64,000 nt of DNA from the IMG/VR virus record IMGVR_UViG_3300027708_000025, positions 64,001 to 128,000 of that record; one strand, written 5' to 3'. Origin of the DNA: a virus. The notes below the pieces were generated by a model. That model was not told the origin of the DNA and ran no database searches. It saw only the letters and a program-made list of their open reading frames with translations. Positions 1-9,061 of this stretch are shown here, piece after piece; position 1 is the stretch's first letter, and each line of letters begins with the position of its first letter. The position numbers were made by a program, and so were the translations under genes.

Positions 1-979
1 ATACATCTGCCCAATCACCTTTTGTAGCACCCTTTGCATAGTCGGTTGCTCTGTTCTCAAAGAAATTAGTATGCGTTGGTGCATTAATCATTTCTTCAAC
101 CCAAGGTAATGGATTTCTTTTTACTTTAAAAATACCTTTCAATCCAAGACTGATAAGGCGCCTGTCTGCAATATAACGAATGTATTTCTTAACTTCTTCT
201 GAAGTAAGTCCTTCCATCTCATTGATGCCGAATGCTAAGTCAATAAACTTGTCTTCAAGTTCAACCATTCGTTCTGCTATAGTATATATGCGTGATTTCA
301 ATTCATCATTCCAAATCTCATTGTTTTCTTGAATGAATGATCTGAATAGTTTAATCATAGATTCACAATGTTGTGTCTCATCTACAATAGACCAAGTAAC
401 GATCTGTCCCATGCCTCTCATTTTACCCATGCGTGGAAAGTTCAAAAGCATGATGAATGAAGAGAACAACTGCATACCTTCTGTGAATGCGGAGAATACT
501 GCAATGTGTGTAGCAGTAGATTGCAAGTCACCATTTGCATTTGAAATGTCTAACACATAATCGTGTTTGTCTTTCATTTCTTGATATGCTAAGAACTCAT
601 TGTATGTTGTATCTGGTAGACCTAATGTTTCAATCAGATGCGAATATGCGGCAACGTGCAACGCTTCTCTAGCGGCAAAGCCAAGCAACATCATACGCAC
701 TTCTGGTTGCTTGAAGTATGGCAGATAGTTCTTTACATAACCACCAGCAACGTCAATGTCACCCTGTGTGAAGAAACGAAAAATGTTTGTGAGAAAATGT
801 TTCTCTTCTGCTGTTAACTTTTTCTTCCAATCTTTTACATCTTCAGCCATTGGAACTTCTGTATGTAACCAATGACTCTGTTCATGCTTTAACCATGCAT
901 CATATGCCCACGGATAGTTGAATGGCTTGAATGCATCTCTGCTATCCATTAAATTACTTTTTATTTTTGTTATACTCAT
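1..979 (-). CDS. nrdB: Ribonucleotide reductase class I beta subunit (3' end runs off window)
   Basis: Manual translation from ATG at 979: MSITKIKSNLMDSRDAFKPFNYPWAYDAWLKHEQSHW...FFTQGDIDV...EALHVAAYS...EGMQLFSSF...DETQH; di-iron ligand motifs; lies downstream of nrdA. Confidence 0.95.
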   Translation of the reverse strand, partial: MSITKIKSNLMDSRDAFKPFNYPWAYDAWLKHEQSHWLHTEVPMAEDVKDWKKKLTAEEKHFLTNIFRFFTQGDIDVAGGYVKNYLPYFKQPEVRMMLLGFAAREALHVAAYSHLIETLGLPDTTYNEFLAYQEMKDKHDYVLDISNANGDLQSTATHIAVFSAFTEGMQLFSSFIMLLNFPRMGKMRGMGQIVTWSIVDETQHCESMIKLFRSFIQENNEIWNDELKSRIYTIAERMVELEDKFIDLAFGINEMEGLTSEEVKKYIRYIADRRLISLGLKGIFKVKRNPLPWVEEMINAPTHTNFFENRATDYAKGATKGDWADV

Positions 980-982
980 TTG

Positions 983-1282
983 TTATTCTTCTCCGAAATG
1001 TATTCTTTGGCCAGGATAGTTATTCATAAAGTACGTGAATGTACTTTCGATGGTTGGTTGTTGTGTGATGAACACATTTGTTTTTCTTTCGTAAATAAAG
1101 ATTTGGTTATCATGCACTTCAGTTTTACAAATTAATATATCCATGTTTTTATATTTGACTTGTTCAGCTTCTCTCATCACTCTGTCAATTTCATTTTCTG
1201 CTTTATGCATTCTGTTTCTAATGAAAATGATTATGCAACTAACAAGAAAAATTAATTCCATTACACCAAAATTCCAATCCAT
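983..1282 (-). CDS. Hypothetical protein with N-terminal membrane anchor
   Basis: 99-aa ORF with hydrophobic N-terminus, packed between trx and nrdB. Confidence 0.7.
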   Translation of the reverse strand: MDWNFGVMELIFLVSCIIIFIRNRMHKAENEIDRVMREAEQVKYKNMDILICKTEVHDNQIFIYERKTNVFITQQPTIESTFTYFMNNYPGQRIHFGEE

Positions 1283-1525
1283 TTAAGCACCCAACCATTC
1301 TGTTAATTCATTTTTCATTTTCATGCCAGAAAATCTTTTAACTTCAATGTCACCATCTAACATGACTAAAGTGGGAACACCACGAATGCCATAGTCTACT
1401 GCGAGTTGTTGATTCTCATCAATGTCAATAACTTCAATTGGAATTTGAGTATCAACATCTTCTAATGTTTTTGCTAACATCTTACATGGCTGACACCATG
1501 ATGCTGTAAATCTAAGTACTTTCAT
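1283..1525 (-). CDS. Thioredoxin
   Basis: WCQPC active site, IRGVPTL cis-Pro motif; adjacent to nrdA. Confidence 0.95.
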   Translation of the reverse strand: MKVLRFTASWCQPCKMLAKTLEDVDTQIPIEVIDIDENQQLAVDYGIRGVPTLVMLDGDIEVKRFSGMKMKNELTEWLGA

Positions 1526-1528
1526 TTT

Positions 1529-3328
1529 TTATCCTTCACATGCAAGACATGCATCACCATCAATAAGTGCTTTCATATCTAGTTCTTTAATTACTTCACG
1601 TTCAATACGTTTAGATACTTTATCTGCTTTACCAATCTTTTCTGAACGACAATAGTACAATGTTTTGAGTCCTTGCTTCCATGCTTGAAAGTGTACTGCA
1701 TGTAGATACATAATGTTCACATCAGGTCGAAAAAATAGATTCAATGATTGTGCTTGGTCAATATACACTTGTCTATCTGCGGCATGATTAACTAACCAAC
1801 GTTGGTCAATCTCCATAGAAGTCTTGAATACATCTTTTGTCCAATCGTCCATCCATGTTAGATGTTGTACAGAACCATCGTTTGCAATGATTGAAGACCA
1901 AATATCATTGTAATCATTTTGTGATACTGTATCTCCATCACCTGAAAGATATTTTTGAATAACTCTATCTAACCATTTGTTTTTGGCTAACGATGACCCT
2001 GATAAAGTGTCCTGACGATAAGCATTAGCACGATAAGGTTCGATACTAGGGCTAGTATTTCCCATGATGATAGACGAAGAAGCATTTGGAGCAATAGCCA
2101 TAAGATGACTAAAACGTTGGCCAGTGCCAACAGCATCAATAGCTTCACCTCGCTCTTTACCCAATTTAAGATTCGCATCATTGAGTTGTTCCCTTATGTG
2201 TGAGAAGATTTGTTTGTTTCTTCCGACTGCAAGTGCGGATTCAAATGGGACGTTATTTCGTTGTAGATAAGCATGAAACCCCAAAGCACCGATGCCAATA
2301 CTGCGCTCACGTATGGCAGAGAACCTTGCACGTTCAACGGCGGCAGGAGCATTATCAATAAAATACTGAAGAACATTGTCGAGCATTTCAGCAATATCAG
2401 CAAGAAATAAAGGATCAGTTTTCCAATCATCAAAGTACTCCAAGTTAACTGAAGACAAACAACATACTGCTGTTCTATCTTTATCTGTAGGTAAAATAAT
2501 TTCAGAGCAAAGATTACTCTGCTTAATACTTAGTCCCAAATCTTTTTGAAACTGTGGCATAGCACGATTGCTTGCGTCAATGAAATGTAGATATGGCTCA
2601 CCAGTCTGCATACGGATGTCAAGTATACGTTGCCACAAGTCTTTTGCAGAAACCACTTCTCGCACTTCATTACTATGTGGGTCTTTTAATTCCCAAGAAT
2701 CATCTGCATCTTTGTCTTGCATACATCGTTCAACGATTTGCATAAATGAATCTGGAATGTTGATGCCATGATGTAGATTGAGTGTACGCAGATTAGGATC
2801 GCCCGTAGGCTTTCTCATTTCAAGAAATAGAAGAATATCAGGATGAGAGATATCAAGATATGTAGCATAAGAACCACGGCGGGTGCGCCCTTGACGATAT
2901 GCAAGACTTGATGCGTCATATGTGCGAAGGTGGGGCATGACTCCAACCGACTTATCATCCGAACTGCGAATGCTGACACCAATACCGACACCACCTCCCA
3001 ACATAGACAACCAATTTACTTCCGCAAGACAGTTAACAAGCCCTTCTGCGCTATCGTGTAGATATGGAAGAAAACATGAAATAGGCAGCCCACGGCTACT
3101 GCGACCAAAAGAAAGAATGGGAGTAGAATAAGACAACCAATGTTTACTGCTGTATTCGTATAATCGCTGTGCGTGTTCTGGATTGGAACCAAATGCTTTT
3201 GAGACATGAGCAAACCTTTCTTGTGGAGAGGTTTCATCCTCCTTCATATAACTTTCTTTCAATCTTTTAATACCTAACTCATCAAATAATGAGTCTCTAC
3301 TGTAGTCAATTACAATATCAGTTGACAT
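1529..3328 (-). CDS. nrdA: Ribonucleotide reductase class I alpha subunit (no ATP cone)
   Basis: ISCF, SNLCSEI, APNASSS, KTLYYCR, C-terminal CxxC (CLACEG). Confidence 0.97.
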   Translation of the reverse strand: MSTDIVIDYSRDSLFDELGIKRLKESYMKEDETSPQERFAHVSKAFGSNPEHAQRLYEYSSKHWLSYSTPILSFGRSSRGLPISCFLPYLHDSAEGLVNCLAEVNWLSMLGGGVGIGVSIRSSDDKSVGVMPHLRTYDASSLAYRQGRTRRGSYATYLDISHPDILLFLEMRKPTGDPNLRTLNLHHGINIPDSFMQIVERCMQDKDADDSWELKDPHSNEVREVVSAKDLWQRILDIRMQTGEPYLHFIDASNRAMPQFQKDLGLSIKQSNLCSEIILPTDKDRTAVCCLSSVNLEYFDDWKTDPLFLADIAEMLDNVLQYFIDNAPAAVERARFSAIRERSIGIGALGFHAYLQRNNVPFESALAVGRNKQIFSHIREQLNDANLKLGKERGEAIDAVGTGQRFSHLMAIAPNASSSIIMGNTSPSIEPYRANAYRQDTLSGSSLAKNKWLDRVIQKYLSGDGDTVSQNDYNDIWSSIIANDGSVQHLTWMDDWTKDVFKTSMEIDQRWLVNHAADRQVYIDQAQSLNLFFRPDVNIMYLHAVHFQAWKQGLKTLYYCRSEKIGKADKVSKRIEREVIKELDMKALIDGDACLACEG

Positions 3329-3355
3329 TCAAATTCCTTCTTATTAATTTTACGT

Positions 3356-4378
3356 TCATCTCATCTTCCATATGTTGAATTCAAGTAGTGCTTTAGGACC
3401 ACGAAAGGTAAATTTATTTATTGTATCCAAGATTTCATTCTGCGCTTTTCCGGCTAGTATCATATCATTTATATCTTTTTCTTGATATGATTTAGGCCAG
3501 ATTGCTACATTTGCACCTGCACTAATTGCGTCACCTATCTCTCTTACGATTTCTTTATTACGTGGTTCATTATCATAGATCAATACCAACTTATCTTTCG
3601 GTAAGTGATTGAGTGCATACTTCAGATTTGAATTTCCAACTGCAACTGCATTGGGTAAGAATAGACTGTCAATTGGTCCTTCAGTCACAAAAATAGTCTG
3701 TGTTATATCTATCCCGTTCATGTTGAAAATCATAGGCGAATCATCTTTTATTTTCATCACGATGTATCGCAACTTCTCACCACGAATACCACGTGCCGTT
3801 AGTCCAACCAATTCATCATCGCTATCATAGAACGGCAATACAATTCTAGGCTCGTCAGTTACAATCTTCTCTTCATACTCTGGCGAGAAAACTTTTAACT
3901 TTTGAACATTGTCAACATAGTATAACGACTTTAATCTATCCTCAGGAATCTTTCGTAAACGTGCATATACAATCGCTTCATGCGTATCGCTGAGTTTAGA
4001 TAGGGGAGTTAGAACACCTTTTAGATTGTCCGTTTTGTTGCTACCGAATACAACAGGCTTAAAAACGAATCCGTGTTCTTTGTGTGCTTTACGACCAGTC
4101 TCACCTTCTTTGTATCGCTCTAAGCAATACTCTTTGTAGAGATTGGGATCAACTGCTTTGATTAGACTGCCAAGCGAAATGCTGACAGCACAATTGTGGC
4201 ACTTGTAGAATAGCCCACCTTTTTGTGCAAAGATGTATCCACGTGCCTTGTTTCTATTTGTTTGGGAATCACCACAGATAGGGCATCTGAAGTTATAGGT
4301 GTAGTCGCCTTTGCGAACAAATTTGTCCAAGCGAACTGAAAGTGTACCAATATACTTTTGGTCTATCCAAATACTCAT
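3356..4378 (-). CDS. 61: T4 gp61-like DNA primase
   Basis: Zn-binding CPICGDS...CHNC; TOPRIM motifs VTEGPIDSLF, YDNEPRN, KDINDM. Confidence 0.95.
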   Translation of the reverse strand: MSIWIDQKYIGTLSVRLDKFVRKGDYTYNFRCPICGDSQTNRNKARGYIFAQKGGLFYKCHNCAVSISLGSLIKAVDPNLYKEYCLERYKEGETGRKAHKEHGFVFKPVVFGSNKTDNLKGVLTPLSKLSDTHEAIVYARLRKIPEDRLKSLYYVDNVQKLKVFSPEYEEKIVTDEPRIVLPFYDSDDELVGLTARGIRGEKLRYIVMKIKDDSPMIFNMNGIDITQTIFVTEGPIDSLFLPNAVAVGNSNLKYALNHLPKDKLVLIYDNEPRNKEIVREIGDAISAGANVAIWPKSYQEKDINDMILAGKAQNEILDTINKFTFRGPKALLEFNIWKMR

Positions 4379-4416
4379 AAATGTTTCTCATAATATACAA
4401 TGTCAATTGAATGTCT

Positions 4417-4445
4417 ATTATATCAGACATTCAGACGGAAGTCAA
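4417..4445 (-). promoter_or_regulatory. sigma70-type promoter for primase
   Basis: TTGACT-17bp-TATAAT on minus strand. Confidence 0.7.
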
Positions 4446-4877
4446 TTAGTTAAATATTTTTGATAGTGCGGTTAAGTTTACGTTAGAGATTACCCAAGCA
4501 AGAACAACCATACCACCAGCTACCATCCATTTCCATTGAAGAATTTTTTGCAAATCATTTTCTTCTTTTTTATTATGTTCTTGAATTTCTTCACGGAGTG
4601 CTTTAATCTCATCCATAATTCTACGTTCCGTCAATTCAACTTTATCCGATACCTCACGACTAATTGTAGTAATTCTGGAATGTAATTCCTTGATATCTGT
4701 ATTGGTATCGTTTTTTCTTTTTTCCATATCGTTATAGATTTGATTAACCATGCGGTCGTGGTTGTCCACCAGCTTCTCAATAACTGAGTCCATTTTACCA
4801 CAAAGCTGTGTGATAGTCAATACTTGATTCTTTAAGACTTCCACATCAACTTTTAATTCTACCGTAGCATCACTCAT
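4446..4877 (-). CDS. Coiled-coil protein with C-terminal TM helix (lysis-cassette associated; holin-like?)
   Basis: Start reassigned to MSDATVELK (ATGA overlap with o-spanin stop); heptad-rich body; C-terminal WKWMVAGGMVVLAWVI. Confidence 0.6.
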   Translation of the reverse strand: MSDATVELKVDVEVLKNQVLTITQLCGKMDSVIEKLVDNHDRMVNQIYNDMEKRKNDTNTDIKELHSRITTISREVSDKVELTERRIMDEIKALREEIQEHNKKEENDLQKILQWKWMVAGGMVVLAWVISNVNLTALSKIFN

Positions 4878-5143
4878 TTGTTTAACTTCTCGAAAATTAT
4901 TTTTTGGGTCTCGTACCATTCCGTCCAAGCATCGTGTTTAACTGCACATTCGTAATACGTTGTATAGTTTTCGGTTATTGTTTTGGCTATGTCAGATAAC
5001 TTAGCCTCTTCGCTTAGAGTTTTTAACTGAGGGCATCTGATTTTTATTCTATCTGGTGCATCAGGAAACTTGACTGTCACTGGAACGACAGTTGAACAGC
5101 CTGCTATTAATATAAGCAATAAAGGTGCAAGGTATTTAATCAT
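4874..5143 (-). CDS. o-spanin (Rz1-like outer-membrane lipoprotein)
   Basis: Lipobox LILIAGC, Pro-rich segment, further Cys (RCP, YYECAVKH); directly after i-spanin. Confidence 0.8.
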   Translation of the reverse strand: MIKYLAPLLLILIAGCSTVVPVTVKFPDAPDRIKIRCPQLKTLSEEAKLSDIAKTITENYTTYYECAVKHDAWTEWYETQKIIFEKLNK

Positions 5144-5586
5144 CTTGAATCCTTAGCCGAATCATTATGTGCTATGAAAAATTCTTTAGGTATCTCACAT
5201 ATACCACCTGGCGCAAATTTAATGTCATACTTGACAACTTCTCTGTCAACATATTTTATGACTTCGTTGCCTTGCACTCTAACAATTTCAAGTTTCTTGA
5301 CAACTTTTTCTACTATCTTTATATTTTCTTTAGCAGACTGTACTTGAACTTCTGCTACTTTTGCTTCAACATCTTTTACTTTAGCAAGCCATGACTCTTC
5401 ATTTGATATTGCTCCAGCCATGTATGTGCCAACAACAATAGCAATAATAGATATTACTTGAATAGGAATTTTATATGCAGAAAGAAAAGGAATGAATCCT
5501 AGTACGTATGTTGCAATAACTCCTAATATTCCTGCAAAGAAAATTGCATAGAATATCCAATTGGGAAGCCATTCCAAAATCCACAT
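5140..5586 (-). CDS. i-spanin (Rz-like)
   Basis: N-terminal hydrophobic segments, coiled coil, C-terminal CEIPKEFFIAHND; 4-nt overlap with the lipoprotein gene. Confidence 0.75.
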   Translation of the reverse strand: MWILEWLPNWIFYAIFFAGILGVIATYVLGFIPFLSAYKIPIQVISIIAIVVGTYMAGAISNEESWLAKVKDVEAKVAEVQVQSAKENIKIVEKVVKKLEIVRVQGNEVIKYVDREVVKYDIKFAPGGICEIPKEFFIAHNDSAKDSR

Positions 5587-5591
5587 AACAA

Positions 5592-5711
5592 TTACTCTTT
5601 ACTTGCAAATGCTGAACGCACTTTAGCTTCTATTGTTTTCGCCCATGAAGGTTGCGGAAAGTGCCAACCAACAAATGCACCGATTAAAATCCAAAAAATT
5701 GTTTCTAACAT
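5592..5711 (-). CDS. 39-aa membrane micro-protein (not in ORF track)
   Basis: MLETIFWILIGAFVGWHFPQPSWAKTIEAKVRSAFASKE; AAGGA SD upstream; fills the gap exactly. Confidence 0.7.
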   Translation of the reverse strand: MLETIFWILIGAFVGWHFPQPSWAKTIEAKVRSAFASKE

Positions 5712-5720
5712 ATTGTTTCC

Positions 5721-6761
5721 TTATACTGTGAATTTCTGATTATGCGTCATAAAGTTTTTCTTACGCATAACTGTCTTTGCTACTAAATCTAACTCTTCCG
5801 CATCTCTATCCCACTTCAATACAAATGGCAAATTGATTTGCGTCTTCATGTCATTCAATACTGCTTCAGCATCAGGTCCCAATGCGGGAATCTTTTTACC
5901 ATACTTTTGAATCGTCTTTTTAAATAACAACTGCAATTCATCTACTGTGATAGGTTTACCATTGCGTGAATCGTTAACTCTATCTAAAAAATGTTTAGTG
6001 AATGCAACATCAACATTTAACACTTTGAACAATTGATCTAGGTATTTTTCTAATTCATTTAATTGCGCCTGAGAAACTTCTTCAATTAATTGCTCTTTTT
6101 CAAATTGTTCTGTAAACATTCCACTACGCCCATGTCGTAAGAAAATCATTGAGCCAGTCTTTTCATCTTGTAGAATGATTGGCTTCTTAGGATACTTTCT
6201 GCCGTAGGTTCGTATTGCATTTCCAACTTCATCACTACCAACATACTTTTCATACTTAAGATATTTCTTTTTACCTGTACGTGCTTTGTTAAAACGCTCT
6301 GTGTCAACAACAAATACATCATTCTTTGCGAATCTACGTAAGAATGTTCTGCTTGCTGGAGGATTACCATCTAAGCCTGCAATGCCACTAGTTCCATTTG
6401 CAACATCTTCTTCTACGCCTTCAGACAAATATGTCTTGCCATTGTAATAGTCTAAGAATTGTTCTTCTAACGTTTCTTCTTTAATGTTCTTTTCTTCTTT
6501 GAGAAGGAACAATGCGGCCGCATAGGACGCAAGTTTGGTTTTACCAAATGGCAATTTTTCCAAAACTTTTTTAAGTTTTAGAATCAATAAGTCAAACTTA
6601 GTGAATGAATCATCTTGTGCTATTGTTCTTTTATCTGAAGGTACGACAATGTTTCCTTCGTCATCAATAACACCAGTTTTGTATGCTTCCCACTCTCCGA
6701 ACGGAGTAGTAAACAATCTTAAAATTCTATACACTAAGTATAAGTCTACTAAATTTGCCAC
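5721..6761 (-). CDS. T4-like conserved protein with appended domains (C-terminal RelE/BECR-like)
   Basis: N-terminal block typical of T4-like phages (RILRLFTTPFGEWEAYKTGVID...ASYAAALFLLKE); C-terminal FTKHFLDRVND...KTVMRK. Confidence 0.6.
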   Translation of the reverse strand: MANLVDLYLVYRILRLFTTPFGEWEAYKTGVIDDEGNIVVPSDKRTIAQDDSFTKFDLLILKLKKVLEKLPFGKTKLASYAAALFLLKEEKNIKEETLEEQFLDYYNGKTYLSEGVEEDVANGTSGIAGLDGNPPASRTFLRRFAKNDVFVVDTERFNKARTGKKKYLKYEKYVGSDEVGNAIRTYGRKYPKKPIILQDEKTGSMIFLRHGRSGMFTEQFEKEQLIEEVSQAQLNELEKYLDQLFKVLNVDVAFTKHFLDRVNDSRNGKPITVDELQLLFKKTIQKYGKKIPALGPDAEAVLNDMKTQINLPFVLKWDRDAEELDLVAKTVMRKKNFMTHNQKFTV

Positions 6762-7118
6762 TTATATACTCTTCTTTAATTTGTTGTACAATGCTAAATC
6801 TAAAACTCTTACGTCTTCTAATTTAACATACTCAAGATAAACTAAAAATGCATTCAATACATCATGGTTTTTTATATCTATCTTGAACCGTAACATATTG
6901 ACAGCCGCTTCAGCACCAAACACATTTGAAAGAGAAATTATGTGATTCAAAATCAATCTCTCTTTCAACTCACTCTTATCTACATATTTGTTTATAAGTC
7001 TTTTGATATACTTGATAATTTTCAGATCATCTAAAAACTCTAAAACTGATATGCAATTAGGATTAAAGTAGTTGCTTACTGCGTACTCATCAAAGTTATC
7101 ATCATTTAATGTAGACAT
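6762..7118 (-). CDS. Conserved T4-like hypothetical protein
   Basis: YFNPNC...EFLDDLKIIKYIKRL...ERLILNHII..SNVFG motif resembles a family common in T4-like phages. Confidence 0.75.
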   Translation of the reverse strand: MSTLNDDNFDEYAVSNYFNPNCISVLEFLDDLKIIKYIKRLINKYVDKSELKERLILNHIISLSNVFGAEAAVNMLRFKIDIKNHDVLNAFLVYLEYVKLEDVRVLDLALYNKLKKSI

Positions 7119-7654
7119 TAGAACGTGCTTAGTGCCACTCGCTTAATATGTGTCGTATTTGCCGCAATGTAAAGATAATTTGCATCCCAAGCAATTGTAC
7201 CTACTCCCCAACCAACTGCTGTATTGTTTGAACTTGCTGGTGTTCTAGCGGTACGCAAACGGACTGCATCAGAATTAATGTCGAATACTTCTGTTGGTGC
7301 ATTTGTTAAGAGACCAATTTTATCTGTAGTAGCATTAACATAAAACATGTTTGCCTGATTGTCAGATGAAATTCGTGTATCGGATGCAGAACCACTACTA
7401 TTGATAGTGATACCAGTATTGACTGTAAGTCCGTTTACTGAATTGATTGCAAATGTATTAGCTGAGAGTGTGCTTGTGCCTGATGCGCTAATGCTAATTG
7501 CGTTGACGCTGACTGTTGAAGTTGCGCCAAAGAAATTGTCTACAGTAATTTTTTTGCTTACTGGTGAACCCAATGGATCATCAATAACTAATAATAAATC
7601 TTCTTTTGTTGCTACAGTTAATGCTGTTAACTGCGTTACTTTTTTATCTGCCAT
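7118..7654 (-). CDS. Virion fibre/structural protein
   Basis: [13 protein letters not shown]...DLLLVIDD...KKIT N-terminus; Ser/Thr/Asn-rich body; C-terminal [11 protein letters not shown]...KRVAL. Confidence 0.65.
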   Translation of the reverse strand: MADKKVTQLTALTVATKEDLLLVIDDPLGSPVSKKITVDNFFGATSTVSVNAISISASGTSTLSANTFAINSVNGLTVNTGITINSSGSASDTRISSDNQANMFYVNATTDKIGLLTNAPTEVFDINSDAVRLRTARTPASSNNTAVGWGVGTIAWDANYLYIAANTTHIKRVALSTF

Positions 7655-7711
7655 TTTTCTTCCTTAATGTAAACCCAATTGAATGGGAATGCTACTTCCG
7701 GGACTCGGACC

Positions 7712-7741
7712 AAAAGGGGCAATGGTTTTACCCATCACCCC
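7712..7741 (-). terminator. Intrinsic terminator
   Basis: GGGGTGATGG-GTAAAA-CCATTGCCCC-TTTT on minus strand. Confidence 0.7.
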
Positions 7742-7749
7742 ATATAAGA

Positions 7750-8550
7750 TTAAACTGTTGTCAATGTTGCGTTTGCAGACACGACATTCGCTGAAATTCC
7801 AGTAGAAGACATTGTGACACGGTAGAGTGAATTTGAAAGTCCACCACCACCAGCCGCAATTGTATTGTTTGCAATCGTCAATGTTGTATTTGTTGTATTG
7901 CTGTATGTACCAGCGTTTGTCAAGTCCACGAATGCCGCATTTGAATTTGCGGCACGTTGCCAACGATAGTTGATCGTATTGCCAACTGGACGAATGCTTG
8001 CAACAATTGTGAATGTAGCGGCTGAGTTATTAGCGGCGCTATTAGCACTTGGTTGTGTGGTGATTGTGATAAAGCTATCACCGAATATTGCATCTTCTGC
8101 GTCACCAGTAATGGATCCCATTGAAACTAGAGTTTCAGTTTTTCTACGGCTGTTACCATGCATGTCAGTATACGTGTTTGTAAACTTCCAACCTGGTATT
8201 TCGTTGTAAGCTGTTGCTTCGTTTGTGTCAACACCAAATGTGTATGCGGTATTTGAAACTTGTGAACTTTGAACAGTTGCGCTGTTAGCGGCTAACCACT
8301 TTGGTGTGTCTTGTCCAGTAACTGTGCCTGCAACGTTAGCCGCAGTCCATGCTGGTTCAAAAGTCAATACTGTATTGCTTGTGATTCCAACAATTTTGCG
8401 TCTTGTTCCAGCAAGAACAAATGTGTCACCAACATCTAGTTCTGTTGTAAACACGGTTGATGTGCCTGTTAATATTGTAGTGTTAACAGTACTGTTTGCA
8501 AATGCAGTTCCTGTTACTGCGAATGTATCTCTGCTTCCCCATAGTGCCAT
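7750..8550 (-). CDS. Virion structural protein with C-terminal Ig-like domain (Hoc-like decoration candidate)
   Basis: MALWG start; ITITTQP...YRWQR...TLTI...YRVTMS...SANATLT Ig pattern; late promoter upstream. Confidence 0.7.
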   Translation of the reverse strand: MALWGSRDTFAVTGTAFANSTVNTTILTGTSTVFTTELDVGDTFVLAGTRRKIVGITSNTVLTFEPAWTAANVAGTVTGQDTPKWLAANSATVQSSQVSNTAYTFGVDTNEATAYNEIPGWKFTNTYTDMHGNSRRKTETLVSMGSITGDAEDAIFGDSFITITTQPSANSAANNSAATFTIVASIRPVGNTINYRWQRAANSNAAFVDLTNAGTYSNTTNTTLTIANNTIAAGGGGLSNSLYRVTMSSTGISANVVSANATLTTV

Positions 8551-8565
8551 GGTGTTCTCCTTTAA

Positions 8566-9060
8566 TTAATATCCGATTTTTCGTAATTGTGAAATAGTGT
8601 TAATACTATTTATATGTCTTATTCCTATTCCGCCCTTCGCAACCCACTCTTTTATGTTTTTTTCATAGTCATCTATTAAAAGATTAGGGGTTCCATCGCT
8701 AGTTACAGCGAATTTTTGTTTTTCTTCTCTTGGAACAAGATAAACATGCTCTACATTACCTAAATGTTTTCTAATCCATTCAAGTTTTTCTGGTTTACAA
8801 GTAGCCATACGCTTAGAAGGCGTAGACAATATGTAAGGCTGATGAGGCTTGATGTATCTCCATAACATCATAGCGTCAGACATAGGCTCTAAGTTAGCCC
8901 AAAACTTTGGTACTGAACGTAGTGCTTCCCATTTGACATCTTTTTCTCCTTGCTGAAAAGGCTGTAGACCTTTTGCCATTAATACTTTATTTGCGCCGCC
9001 CATAAAGTTGACTAGCACTTGGTCCATGTCACAATAAATTTGTGGCAATTCGTTATTCAT
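8566..9060 (-). CDS. HAD-family 5'(3')-deoxyribonucleotidase-like protein
   Basis: CDMDQVL (DxD), ILST, K, LIDD motifs. Confidence 0.85.
   Translation of the reverse strand: MNNELPQIYCDMDQVLVNFMGGANKVLMAKGLQPFQQGEKDVKWEALRSVPKFWANLEPMSDAMMLWRYIKPHQPYILSTPSKRMATCKPEKLEWIRKHLGNVEHVYLVPREEKQKFAVTSDGTPNLLIDDYEKNIKEWVAKGGIGIRHINSINTISQLRKIGY
8607..8614 (-). promoter_or_regulatory. T4-type late promoter
   Basis: TATAAATA upstream of 7750..8550. Confidence 0.7.
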
Positions 9061-9061
9061 T

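Noticed and set aside
7664-7963. 99-aa minus-strand ORF with WWWW
   Set aside because: Alternate frame of the Ig-domain gene running through a terminator; the Trp run derives from Gly codons
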